A stretch of DNA of 64,000 nt, taken from contig KZ538060.1 of assembly GCA_000934665.2 (NCBI GenBank), forward strand, positions 62,001-126,000, in the 5' to 3' direction. The notes below the pieces were generated by a model. It did no database searches, had not been told where the DNA came from, and saw nothing but the letters and a program-made list of their open reading frames with translations. Positions 40,001 through 53,000 of the stretch are shown piece by piece. The translations under genes were made by a program, and so were the position numbers. Positions within the stretch are counted from its first letter, which is position 1. Each line of letters opens with the position of its first letter. The stretch comes from Catajapyx aquilonaris. Lineage: Eukaryota.

Positions 40001-43000
40001 GATAAGCCGGATGCGCCAGAGAAAACATGATGACAGCCATTTTATACCACGTGTCTAGGCCTGACACCACGTGATATGAACTACTGGTTTGATCTACATT
40101 TAATGATTCAGTAGAGGGCACTGGGGACCACTTTCAAGTTAGGCTGTTGTCCTTGTAGCGGTTGAAAAATCCAGGTCACCAGTTCATGTGATATGTTTGG
40201 CATTTGTCAATGTAGGCCAACATAACTGCAGTGACACAATATACGGTACTGACTCAATATCCAATCGAATAACCGTTACTGACCGTTATAAATACATTTC
40301 TCCAAATTGTTTCAATGGCTAGCTACTCAACAAAATGTCAATCTATAGGATGTCCTTGCCCTAATGTGAAGTGATACTCAGAGAATTGAAATTCTCTTTC
40401 CACGATGACCCCCCCTCGGTAGAAAGAATGGCCATAGAGCTCGCATGTTGAAAAGCCTCGTAAATGTCAACACATTGCTTCAGGCACTTATTCATACTGC
40501 GTTTACAGCCCAATTCCTACCTCACTTCGGCAAGGGTTGAAAAAATATGTCCCGTCTCTTTTCTTGGCTTCAGGCCTTCCTCCCATCAGCCAGGATTGTC
40601 CACTCAGGGTTATCTGACTTATATTCTCGAGAAGTTTTTCCTTGCAAACGGTCCTGTCGATCCTTTTGCAAAGGAGTATTTTTTTTTCTTCAAACCTCCA
40701 CTTGCAAAACTTTGCAGACTGTCTGAAGGTTCAACATTTTCTTTAGGGGGAATTGCCTTTTACACACGTTTTACTGCACGGAAGCAGAAGCTGAGATGGC
40801 TTTCGATTATTGACCCAGACGTTCATTATCGATTTATAGCTTTTCACTATCAATTCCCGGCTAGAAATGGCCAAGCTTAGTACCCCCCCTAATGAAGATC
40901 CTCCGGATATGACCTTTACTAAATTATGTGATACACTTGGTGGTAATCTTCGCTTGGTCGACATAGGTTAGAACTTTGGGGGCAAACACGGATTGTGTCG
41001 TGATGTGGGTCAGGCAAGACAATTACCGGTGTTTGCATGACCTAGCACACACATAAACACACACAATTTGTCTGAAATTGTCAAGAAATCAGGTGCTTCA
41101 TGATTGTAGTTCTACTATCATACACTAGTGGCGTGAAAAATACTTCAACACACCAAATTGTACTGCTCATTAAACACCTCCGTTAAAGCTAATGATTGCG
41201 CAACAGCACTCAATTAATCTCAACCTAAAAATGCAAATAAAAGCAAGAATGTGTGGACGCCCCTTTCCAGAAAGCATATACGTAACTGACGCATTTCCTA
41301 GAAATTCTGTCCAAGGTATGCATGCCTCGGACGCCAGAAACAAACTGGGAAACCATTAACTAAATGGGCTCGACACGATATAAGGGAAGCGTCTCTTGAA
41401 AAAAAAATGCAAGTCCAAGCTTCTATTACAATTAGCCCTAAGGAAATCTCCCAATTACTTAATCGAATGTCACATGACGTTACCCCCCCTTTTTATATAT
41501 TTAAAATAGGCGTTAAATGTATGGCTATCCATAGAGCGTGGCTTCTTGTCCTCCCTTGTGGGTCGAATGACCCCATCATGCAGCAGAGACTGACGTCACT
41601 GAAAACCAATGCCAATATTCGAGTGGCATATTGTGTCGGATCAACTTTGAAGCGGTTTCTGAGTGGATTTGCAAATTTGATGAGGATGTAAGGGCTGGGT
41701 GGAACTACAGTATTGCTGGATGGATGACAACTCTATAGGCGTCAATAAAATGCAATTGGAATTTTAAATCAGGCGTGTGTTGCACGGATGGTGTAAAGCA
41801 GTGTGAAGATGGAGTGTGGGGAAATAGTTGATGGATTAGTCACCCCAGGGATGACCAGGAGTTACTCATCCATCAACTCTTCCCCCGCTGTATATAATAA
41901 TCGTAATACTATTAGTGGCTTTGCTAATTTAGTGCTGAAATGCTAGTCTAACCTAACGAATAATTTCATCCTACATGCATATCACGGGCGAACCACTTGT
42001 TCTGAATTCGCCATCACACCATGGTCCGTAAATAATGGAAAGTGCATGTAAAGCAACAATCGCGTTTGAAAATTTGCATTACATCTTTTAATTAGAATAT
42101 CATTTAAGCTTGCTGATCACTATCGCTAATCAGCACTTGAAACCAAATCAGTCATTATGCTACTGTCATTAATCAACGACGCACTTGAATTGCGCATTTG
42201 ATTACGCAAACATAATCCGAACTTCTTCACTACCCTCCAATTTCTTATATCTATTTTTTGTTCCTACATCAAGAACGCGCTGATTCTGCTCAGAAGTTGT
42301 GAGCCAGACTCGAATAACAAATGCCCTGCACTAATCTGGCGGGAAACTTCCCTTTATGACGCTTCAAGCAATATTTTTGAGCACAATACGCTATTTGTTG
42401 TCTTGTCTTACTAAATATCAGATTTTCTTCAGTTTTTAAAGAGGAGGGTAAAAAAATAATAGTTATAAAAAAAATAACTTGGGCACTGGCTACATGGTTG
42501 AACTCAGGATTGGCTGGGAGGGTTGGGGTCTGGAAAGGATCTGGCTTTAGTCCAATGGGACTTACAGACTTGGCGCCGTTTCTCGTGGAGTTAGAGAGGT
42601 GCCGGCGCCCGACTAATGTTACCCTCACCTCCGACAAGCCCGCCTTAAATTTTATGAGGTTGCCTCAATCCATTTGTCTCCTGGTTCTTTTCCATCCCAG
42701 TCACTTTTCACCTAAGTAAAATTCGCTCACCAGTGAACTGGAGCGATGAGTCAAGCCGTGGGGTTGACTTCCAGGAAATAAAAAAGTGACTTGATTTTGG
42801 TAGTCTAAACTCGGACTTATTCAGGAAATGGTGCCATAGGTCTGACTATATGTGTAGCAAAGGGACATGGATTCAAAAATTATAGTATGCATGGGGTGCC
42901 TTGGACGCTAATTATGCAGTGTTAATCGAACCAGGGAGTGTCCTCGTAAGGCTTTGGACTCTCTGAGCACTACATGGTGGCACACACCGTCAGGTGGCGT

Positions 43001-46000
43001 TACTAATATTAATTAAACGTGAAAAGAGATTTGCTTTATGGGTACTATGAAATGCAAATTACATGCTTCTCATTCGTCGTGCAACGGTGCTTCTAGGTAC
43101 ATCATTACACGCCAATCTTTTCATGGACACCTACTAAGGTTGGTGACCCTTACACCTTCATGTAATATCAATATTTTTCGAATTTTCTGCTAAACGTACA
43201 GTATCGAATTACTCAGTACGCTTTAGTGCCTGAAACATTGTTGCTTACAGCTGCCGACATTACAGTATCTCACATGATTCATGTAAGGCTTTCAGGTAAA
43301 TTATTGAACTATTGTCTTTACTACAACATAGTCGGACGCCATTCAACAGTATCACTATCATAGCAATATGAACCCGACAACCTTTACAACTAATCACGCG
43401 TCGTGGAATTGACCTAAACACACGTTCTAAAAAATCCTAACACCCACCATTTTACACCAGGCGGCGCTTGCACTCTTTGTTTGCCTACAGCTTAGCCTAA
43501 GCGTTTAAACCCCGCATCCGTTAGGGGCTATTGCTCGCGTTCAACATGACCACGCTTTCAATCCTCGGCTGTGTCAGCAAGGGATCCATCTGTCAAAAGT
43601 TTGACTACCCTCCAATCGATAGGGTCCATCTTGGCAAATGGAAAGCCTTACTCTACGTTGAGGGATGTAAGGGTGGAAAATCGTGAAGACGAAAAAAAAA
43701 TAGGAAGAAGAAGAAGAAGAAGAACCATCCTCTCCTTCGACAGGATGAAACTAGAATCCGAGTTGGGGTTCTCGCAGCGGCTGCTCAAAATAGACGACAT
43801 CATAACATATTGACGAGGCACTTCGAGAACTCTGGGGAATCAGTTTTTTGATCGAATGCTCGCTGCTTTTCGCGGGTTGGTATAAAGAAGATGGTCGGAA
43901 AAATTGGAGGGGTGGAGGAGAAAGAGTGTTGGAGGACTTGTGAAGCTTTTCGTTGTAGTGTTTGGATTTCGGTGTGGCCAAATGACTTTTCGAGAAGGAC
44001 AGTCATTTCGTCCGGTCCAATTTTAGGCGACGAACTTGAAAGAGCACTCTAACCATAAGGACACCTGATGGCAGGGTTGGAAAGTTCGTGGCAGAGGAAA
44101 GTTCATCGGGAAAATTGTTTGTACCACGCAAAAGTCTGTATTGTGGAATATTTTCCCTATAGATATTGATATCATTAAGAAACAAGTGGGTGTCCCTTAA
44201 TGGATGCCCCTTATGCCCTATCACTATGAATGCAAATAAATAAAAATAGCTTCTGACCAAAGCTGGTGCATCATGCAGCTTGACTGCCGCATGTTTATTA
44301 GGCTATTGTTCATAACAAGGGGGACAAAAAAAAATTGGAAAGGATTGCAACTCTGGCGTTCAGTAAGTGAGATAAACGCATCTGGAAATCTCCAAAATCT
44401 GGCAATTTTTCATGGCTGTTCATCCCCGTCGCCACTGAATATAGGAGAGGGGCAATCGGAAGGCCGGTCCTTTCCCAACCGAAAAACATGAAGAACCATG
44501 AAAAATGGAGGGGATTCTGCAGATTTTTCACTAACAGTTGACAAACCGAGAGATCATCACTCCTAATTTTTTTTACTGTTTAACAATTCGGTTGGACTTA
44601 CATCACATTCACACATAGTACATTTTTGTCTATAGGAAATGAGCAATCCATCAGCCACACGGCAACTTCAACTTTGATCGCGTTCCTAGTGGCGGATGAC
44701 GTTAAAGCTTCTTTTCAGCCCGGTTACAGAACCAAACAATTGCATAACAATTCTCATATGGCATGTTGCCACTTGAGAGTTACAAAATAATTAGTCCCTC
44801 TAAAAATAGGGATTTTCGATAAAAACACACTCCCGAATAAAATGTCCCAAATGCCAACCGGTGTGTCCCCAATACAGACATTACTGTATAATGATCCCTT
44901 TCTAATGCATGAATCTGGGGGGGCACCCAACAAAAAAAAAGAGCACCCATGCTTTTGTCCATGCCAAAATTGTACCCCGGACTTGACTGATTCGTGATCC
45001 AGTCCTAGTTCGCGTGAGTTCCGGCTTCAAATTTAGCTACCCCCTAAGCATTCTTTATTTGTGGACTGTTCAGGCGGAGAGAATCGGAACAGTTGCATAA
45101 GCAATTTATTTGAAGAAAACACCGAAAAGGAGGATCCGACTCGCAAGCGAACAATCCAAGACGACTTCAAGTAGTGTTTTTCAGCAAAAACAAGTGCCGC
45201 CTTTCCTAAGAGACAGATAAACCAAGTCAAGGAGAAGAAAATATTGGCGAACCTTTTTGATACCGACCCAATTGATCTCATTGTTAGAAAAGGTGCGACT
45301 TTAGAGTGGATCGCAGAACACTTTCTTTTTATAGCTCCCCTGATTCTTCCCAAGAAATTCGTGGCTAGGTAATTTAAGTCTCGTCTGTTAGCATCAATCT
45401 ACACTTTGGTAAGTCTGGGAGCAATGAACGTCTTCCTTATCTGCCAGGTGATAAAGTGGATTCAACTCCAGGAAACTGGGGTACGTTCGAGGAATTTTCG
45501 GCCCAGTTTGAAACTAACCGTCGACTAAATATGACGCCACATTCACTGTATAAATCAGTCCCCGCCCCCGCCAGGCTACACACAAGGACAGGTCACTTAT
45601 CTAGAAATGCCCAGCCGAATGTTTCAAAGTGGAATATGCCACGGGGGCGAATACGCCGGGGGCGAAAAGTCCCATTGAGCCCCGCCTCCACCTGGCTCGT
45701 CCTATCATGTCCCCGCTCAGGTGCATGCTCAGACTGGTGTGACGTCAGATCGTTCTTTCGCCTACGCTGCACGATGTTATTCCTCCAAACACCTCCAGAC
45801 GATAACGGCCTCATGTACATAAAAAGGTCTCCATCAGTTTGCATGACCATGCACCTCTGGCAGGAAGTTTAGCATTCATTTAGTAGCCTCCTGACAACGC
45901 GTGTCCTGTCGCACGTAACACCGGTACGGTGTCACTAATTACAGGAGTTCTAGCAGAAACACATCCGCACTCGCGCTCACATGCATGGCAGGCGAACCCT

Positions 46001-48523
46001 GGAATAAAAAGTGCTTCCGGGACCACATATTTTCATGTTGGACACATACTCGTCCGGTAACGAACTTAAAGAGGTGCATATTATCAAATAATTATTTTTT
46101 TTACAAATTATCAGATGGGTTGTCGCATTTTTTTTGTAGGGTGAGAAATACAGTATGTCGATAATGGGTTCTTGGCTTACCTCAGAAATGGAGCGTAACC
46201 ACATTATCCGGTTGCCTAGCGATGGGTTCCTGTCTGGTTCAACGCCCGGGCTGTCCATCCATCAGCTCCAATCTGAAATTTGGACACGTTGGTTTACTCG
46301 CATTGAATATTTTACGTGAGGGGATGCCTCCAAGCTAAGTTACAAAGCCTTCTGGCAATAAGACGAAGACTAAACACATACTGAATTATTTAGAACTCTC
46401 TGTGGTTCAGCACTTTGGTGTGTGTAAAATTAATAATCACTCTCTAAATTTGTTTTGGTAGGTTTCTACCTCAATTTAGGCGGTTTTCGATCTTCCAGTT
46501 GAAATAGCACAAAAAATTTCGCCTACCTGATAGAATTGAAAATAATTCACATTTTCTTTTGTAATGAACAAAATTGACCAATCTACACTCTAGTAACGCC
46601 TCCAAGAACTAACAAGTGGAAACGGCAAAAGGGAAAGGCTGAGTTATTCCACCTCATTTACTCCGTAAGTTATGTAGGGGCGACCTGAAGAGCCGATTCG
46701 CTTCGAAACGATCCAAGTCACACAGCCTCATGTGATATTTACGAACCTTCCAGCCACGAAATACCAGCACCTCATCCGCCTTCACATTTTCATGCAGGAT
46801 GCATTTTTTATTCATACCCGCGACAAACAGCTCCTCAAGAATAATAATATAAAAAAACTGCGCATATTGACCGACTGAGCCCGGTTGTAAACATATCTAG
46901 GAATCAAATATGAAGTAGAAACAGACATAGGATTCAGACACTCTAAATCACATGCTTCTTACAGTTAGTGTAGGTTTTCTTGTGGTTAACTCGCAAGGTG
47001 TCGCTTCTGGCCTGCTTTAGGCGACATCTATTGATGAACTTGAACAAAAAAGGGATTCGGAGCCTCCCTATATGGCTATACGGATAAGGTGAACTACAGA
47101 TAATCTAATTCGATGGCTGGTCGTGGAAGTGACTCCCGATGCGGGATCAAAACCCTCCAAGTCCTTATCTTCCAGGAGAAAAATGGCGCATTTGCTCCAT
47201 GGCCCGTGCTGGAAAAGGAGGACAGGTCCTCGGGAGGGGATATTGTGCGGTCCCTAAAAGGAGGAAGCCATTCCTATCTGAATAGTCCTGCTATAATTTA
47301 GGATCGCATATGCCTGGGGGTCCTCCAAAAAATTGTCCCACTTCACATTTTCAAAGGAACCACATTGAATTCAGGGGCACACAGAAACGGAAGGCAAGAC
47401 TCTCAAAGTGCATACTTTCGTGTCGTCCAACTTTGACAAATATGCAGCCTACACTTTCATATCCTCTGCATTAAGTACTGCATGAATATCGATGCGGACA
47501 AACCACGTGTAGGACGACTAATATTAGAGAAGTTTCCAAGCTTTGGTGTGTGTCACATCCAGATGTCGCTTTTCATCATCGTGGGTCTGACACACTGTAT
47601 TCAATTGCGGGACTTGAAGTTTTCAAGTAGAACTTGCCAACTGTTTGTATACCTATTACATTACAGTCTATTTGATCCAATCACTCAAATGTGCTCAACT
47701 CGTCCTTCCTTGCGATTGATTTATCGACACCCGGAAGAACGATCAGATTTTCATATTCGCAAAACTCGGCCAATGCCATACCAATACCGTCCTTCAGAAA
47801 CCGCACGCGTTCATGTCGTGTGTGTATAAAACGTGACATTTGGAAGCTCGAACACACCATTTCCAACCTTCCCCCTAGAGGAAGAGCAGGGTAAGGCTAA
47901 GTTGATTATAATGCCCTGGTGTGAAGTTGGGAGAAGCTTGGAGAGACGAGAAGCGCTCTATAACATGATCTCTGCCTCGTCGTCAAGTGACGTGAGGAAA
48001 AGCCGTCACGTCACTCCTGAATGACGCCAATAGGATTATTTGGAAAATTTGATTTGTTGGGGGGTAAGGGGGCGCCTTTTACCTTTTTTTCCTGACGACT
48101 TAACCTGTCGTTAGGAAGTTCAATCTGGATTTATCTTGCCCTGGGTTGGGCACAGATTATTTTTGTTGGGAAGGAATTCAGTAGATGGCGCTGCTTTCCA
48201 AATATAGCCGAACGACGCGACGTGACGGAGGAATAATTATTGCGTTTATGTACGCCACAGATATGACAGCATTGTGTTTGGTAATTGTACCGACGTCAAT
48301 CGTTGTCGTCGTCGGTTGGTCGATGGGGAGGATGGGTTGTTCCCTTGTTTATCCCTTTGTTGTGCGCCTGCTGCGGAACTGATGAGCCTACAAAGGTATC
48401 CGAGGCTAACGAACCTTTAAACGCCGGTTCGCCTGCAGTGCTGTGCATTGGGGCTGTGAGGACGCAATTAGCTTGATGGAGGAGGGCATAGGGACACACA
48501 GGGAATGTGATCAAATTGAGATT

Positions 48524-48528
<5 letters not shown>

Positions 48529-48582
<54 letters not shown>
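48529..48582. repeat. (CT)~27 microsatellite
   Basis: Read directly; it explains the ER and SL repeat ORFs. Confidence 0.98.
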
Positions 48583-48585
<3 letters not shown>

Positions 48586-49681
48586 GGATCTGTACAATGG
48601 TAGCCAAATTTTGGTCCAAGATGTAAAATGGCAATCAAATGTTTAATCAACTGTCGCCAGATTCAAATTATTTTTCCGAGAAACATACCGTATGCTCTGT
48701 GTACTGCTACTAGAGTATGTACGGGGTAAACAACTTTTTATTTAGTCCATCGCAAATGCAATCCCAACACCTGCAAACTACAAGGGTGGAGCTCTGTGGA
48801 AACATGCTCTGTTCAGCTAAATTATTTCGCACATTGTGCTCAAAAACTGGCGATACTGCGTTTCAAATTATTTATCCGCAGTACTGTTTGCCAGCTCGAA
48901 TAACTTTTTTTCGCACCAAATAAATAAACTACTCCAGCTATATTTTGCACCTGGAAAACAATGCAAGGAAGTTACCATGCTATGGCGGCTATAAAACATT
49001 ACCTCAGGGCCACCCAGCCATAATACCCAGCACGAAATGGACCTGAGCGTAAGTAGTGCGTGTGTGTGTAAAGTATGTTGTTGTGGTGTATTGGGTTTGC
49101 ATGTCACCACAGGTAATTACCGCCCATGCTCACCTGACTAATGGAAAGTCGCCTACGCCATTTATGTGCTTTGATATACCTTTTTTGTGCTTCAATTCGT
49201 CCTCCAAAAAAATTAGGACTAAAAATTGTCAATCTGGCCCCGAACAAAGGGCAAATTCTCCAAGGGTGTATTACCTCTCCTGTCCAAAGCTTATCATGCA
49301 TGTTTGACCTGGTAATGAATCACTAATCCGCTGCATTACTCGTTAATCGACCCGACTTACGAACCGGACTTTCATCAGCCTTGATAGCCCTTTTTTTTAG
49401 AGTTCAATAGAATCTATGTGCACGGTTAGTTTCCCGACACACGCATAGCTTTAATTCACTCCAACGAACACGTTTGATCTGAACTTAAATCCCATTACCC
49501 GCATCCGGATTACAAGGCAGCCTCGTGTTGTAATGCCATCGGGCAGCTGACAATTAAGGACCAGACTATTAGGACACTTACATTTCACGTCTGGATAGCG
49601 TCCGGTTTGGTATGCATCATGGACTATAGAAACAGCCATTTTGGCTAGGCATTGCAACTCCTACCTGAGCCTTATGCAGAC

Positions 49682-50082
49682 CCCAACCGTCATTTGGGGT
49701 CATTCCTGTATCTGATGGGATACCCAACCGTCATTTGGGGTCATACCTGTATCTGATGGGATACCCAACCGTCATTTGGGGTCATGCCTGTATCTGATGG
49801 GATACCCAACCGTCATTTGGGGTCATGCTTTGATGGGATACCCAACCGTCATTTGTGGTCATGCCTGTATCTGATGGGATATCCAACCGTCATTTGGGGT
49901 CATGCCTTGATGGGATACCCAACCGTCATTTGTGGTCATGCCTGTATCTGATGGGATATCCAACCGTCATTTGGGGTCATGCATTTATGGGATACCCAAC
50001 CGTCATTTGTGGTCATGCCTGTATCTGATGGGATATCCAACCGTCATTTGGGGTCATGCCTGTATCTGATGGGATACCCAAC
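49682..50082. repeat. 41/36-bp minisatellite, 10 units (CCCAACCGTCATTTGGGGTCATGCCTGTATCTGATGGGATA)
   Basis: Tandem units read directly, with lengths 41,41,41,36,41,36,41,36,41,41. Confidence 0.95.
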
Positions 50083-53000
50083 ACTTGTTTATCCAAACAG
50101 AGTGCAAGTGTCGCGTAACCTATTTTGTAATCACAACAAGAGCTTTCTCCCTGTGTTTCTTAAGAGCTCTTCTCCTGGGAATGATTTGAACCGCGTCTCA
50201 TTATACCAGAGTCGGGCGTAGGATAAAGGAACCTCTAATTGAGCTATCTAATCGATTTTCAATACCTGCTTGAAAACACCCTTCCACCTGCCCACACCAC
50301 TAAATACACTGTTATTCTGCCAGAGCTAGAAATAGATCTCTGGAATAGTTCTAATTAGTGAAAGTTTTTGTCGAGAGTGACAACTGTCTGAGATAATGAT
50401 TTCCCTTCGTCACTTGGACCATTGGCCCGTGTCTTTTTGCTGGGGAGAAACAATTGGAAAGACCAACAGACACTCGACTGCTTCTTTTCGGACGAATTGT
50501 CTTTAGGTTCTCCCCAGTTGGAGAACCCCGTTTTTATGACGTCTATTCGGGAGAAAATAGAATAAAAATTCTGCTTCAGCAAACTGGCATAATCATGTGG
50601 AAAATACGGTCAAATTGCATATTCAGCTTTTTCCCCTTTTGCGTCAATCTTCACAATCCTGATGTCGCATGTTTGTTCATTGTCCCTAACATGTCCTAAC
50701 CGACGGAAAATATTTCGCCGGCATTTCTCCCCTGGCCAAGACGGGTATAAATTGTCAGCACGTTCAAAAACCTCGGCATTCCCTTTTGACTGCGGCTCAT
50801 AAATAAAATTCCTGGGGTTCCAAAGATGGCAAAAAAATAACTGCGGTCACGTACAGTAGCACAACAACTGATTTCCCACGGCTGCCTTCACACACTGGGT
50901 GTAAATTATGGCCTAGTACTAAAGCGTGTTAACTACGTTTTTTATAGGTTCCTGTTCTTTTTCTAGAGGTTCGCTACAAAACGATAAGTGGTGTTGTCTG
51001 GAGAATACTTAGCACCTTTTGAATCACCTTGTCGCATTGAACGTTTCTCATTGGATAAAAACGCATTTTTAAAAATTAATTTGAAAATGTAGGAAGTACA
51101 GTCGTGTCCCAATTCTCTTTTTGGACATGCCTGTACCAAAGCAACGCCCCCGCTCTAGGCTAGACTCAATCGGCGCCGCTAAGCCTAGCCTGACGTCTTT
51201 ATTGTTCGAAAGGATCTCCGAAGACGAAAACTTGGATGAGTTTGGTCCCCCACCAAAAAAAGGACCCTCCCCCCCCCCCCAAAAAAAAACTGCGAGGGTG
51301 GACCCCCCCATCCCCCAATTTCGAGCCCTACTTAATGCTCTTCCCCAGGCTTTTTCGGGTGCCTCAAAGGATCGTCAAACCAGGAGGTGGGCAGTTTTGC
51401 AATGATTCCTGATCAACTGTTAAGTGGTACACTTCCTATAAAGGAAGACATTGTTGGAAGTAAGTTGTTGGTAAAATCTAAATCAAATTCAAATTAGTTG
51501 ATAAATCCGTAAATGATTTCAGTCACATTTGTTGACAACAATGTCGCTGTTGTCAACAAAACATGATCATTGTGCCTACATTTCAGACATATAGATCTGA
51601 TATAGTAAACATAAATATGTTGACATATACAGGGTGCGCTGTTTAAGACACGGTATTCGACAAAAAAAAACAAGGTTTTATCGCTGCCATATTGTCGTAC
51701 TTTGTCATTACGGTTCTGGCATCTTGCCATCCGACATGTGACATAGATTCGCAAGGACGGTTCCAGCCGTCCTTTGACCTCATTTTTGCAGGCAAATACT
51801 GTTCGGACAAAAAGGAATTAAATAACTGCAAGCCCTATTTTTATTTTTTTAAATATTAAGTTTTACATACCATGTTAAATCAAGCGCTTTGACGTCACAT
51901 GCAAGAGGCAGCGAGAATTCTACCGGGTTTTCCTGACCCAAGATGCAATTTTCAAAATCGAGTTCCATTGCCTTAACCCCATCACCCCCTTGAACATACG
52001 TGACGTGACAAATGTCATTCCGCCAATCTGACTTGAGCAAAGAGTTCCGGACACACGAGGATTTTAAAGGATTTCCGGGAACATTCTGCATCCAACATAC
52101 ACCAAAGAACAGCTACTTAATCCTATTACTCACTATAGCGAATAATTACAATTTTGTTCAAAATTATTTTGTATCAAAGATTGCATTATGCAAATTGTAT
52201 ATGCGTGATGAATAAGCCTTAGGGCGAGATGGTGTGTTCGGGTGAGTGCACATGAACCGTCTTGATTACTAATGAGGCGCCTTCTGATAAACAGCCTAGT
52301 AGGATTCAGCCATCAGCTGTCTAATTAACCCACAGCTGAACTTGTTAATTAAGACGCGTACTTATTACTGTTGGAAGCCTCCGGTACATGCACCGTTTCT
52401 CGGAAAGTATTACCCCTAATTTCAATACAAAAAACTGAAATCAGCCTTAATGAAAATTCGGGTGGAGATGCCAAGCTCCGAAGGCGCGCGATGGGGGCGA
52501 ATCCGGTGCGGAGGTGCGAAGCCCCACCGCCTCGCAAAGCGCATTTATAGCTAATACTGACCTACTGGCTATTTCGTCCAACATATATCGTACCCTCCTT
52601 ATGTAAATCTCCGAGGCTGCGTGACGTGCTTTTTAAGAGTTGGATAAGGACACCCCCAGTGCCCCATTTGTAAGTAATGTAAGCCGACCAAAGCAAGCAA
52701 ACTTGACCCGTTCCTCTCGTCGTTTGGTCGCTGTCGCAGCTATCTCGTCGGCGCCCCACCATTGACGTCATCCCCCCTCCCCCCTCCTCCTCTTCAGTCC
52801 CGACGGTGTTTTGCACGGTCCCGACTTTTCGCCATCGACCCGCCTAAACTTTCCCTTCGAGCTGGCCAGACCCCCAAAATAACCGCGTGCCTCAATTATT
52901 CACGCCCACCGACTCAATGGACTTACACTGTAATGTGGGGACCTCCAAGTCAACTCCTTTTTTTAAAAGTATATATTCAGGTCACTGCTAATCTCTAATA

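Noticed and set aside
49682..50082. CRISPR-like appearance of the 41/36-bp array
   Set aside because: It is a pure tandem repeat without spacers.
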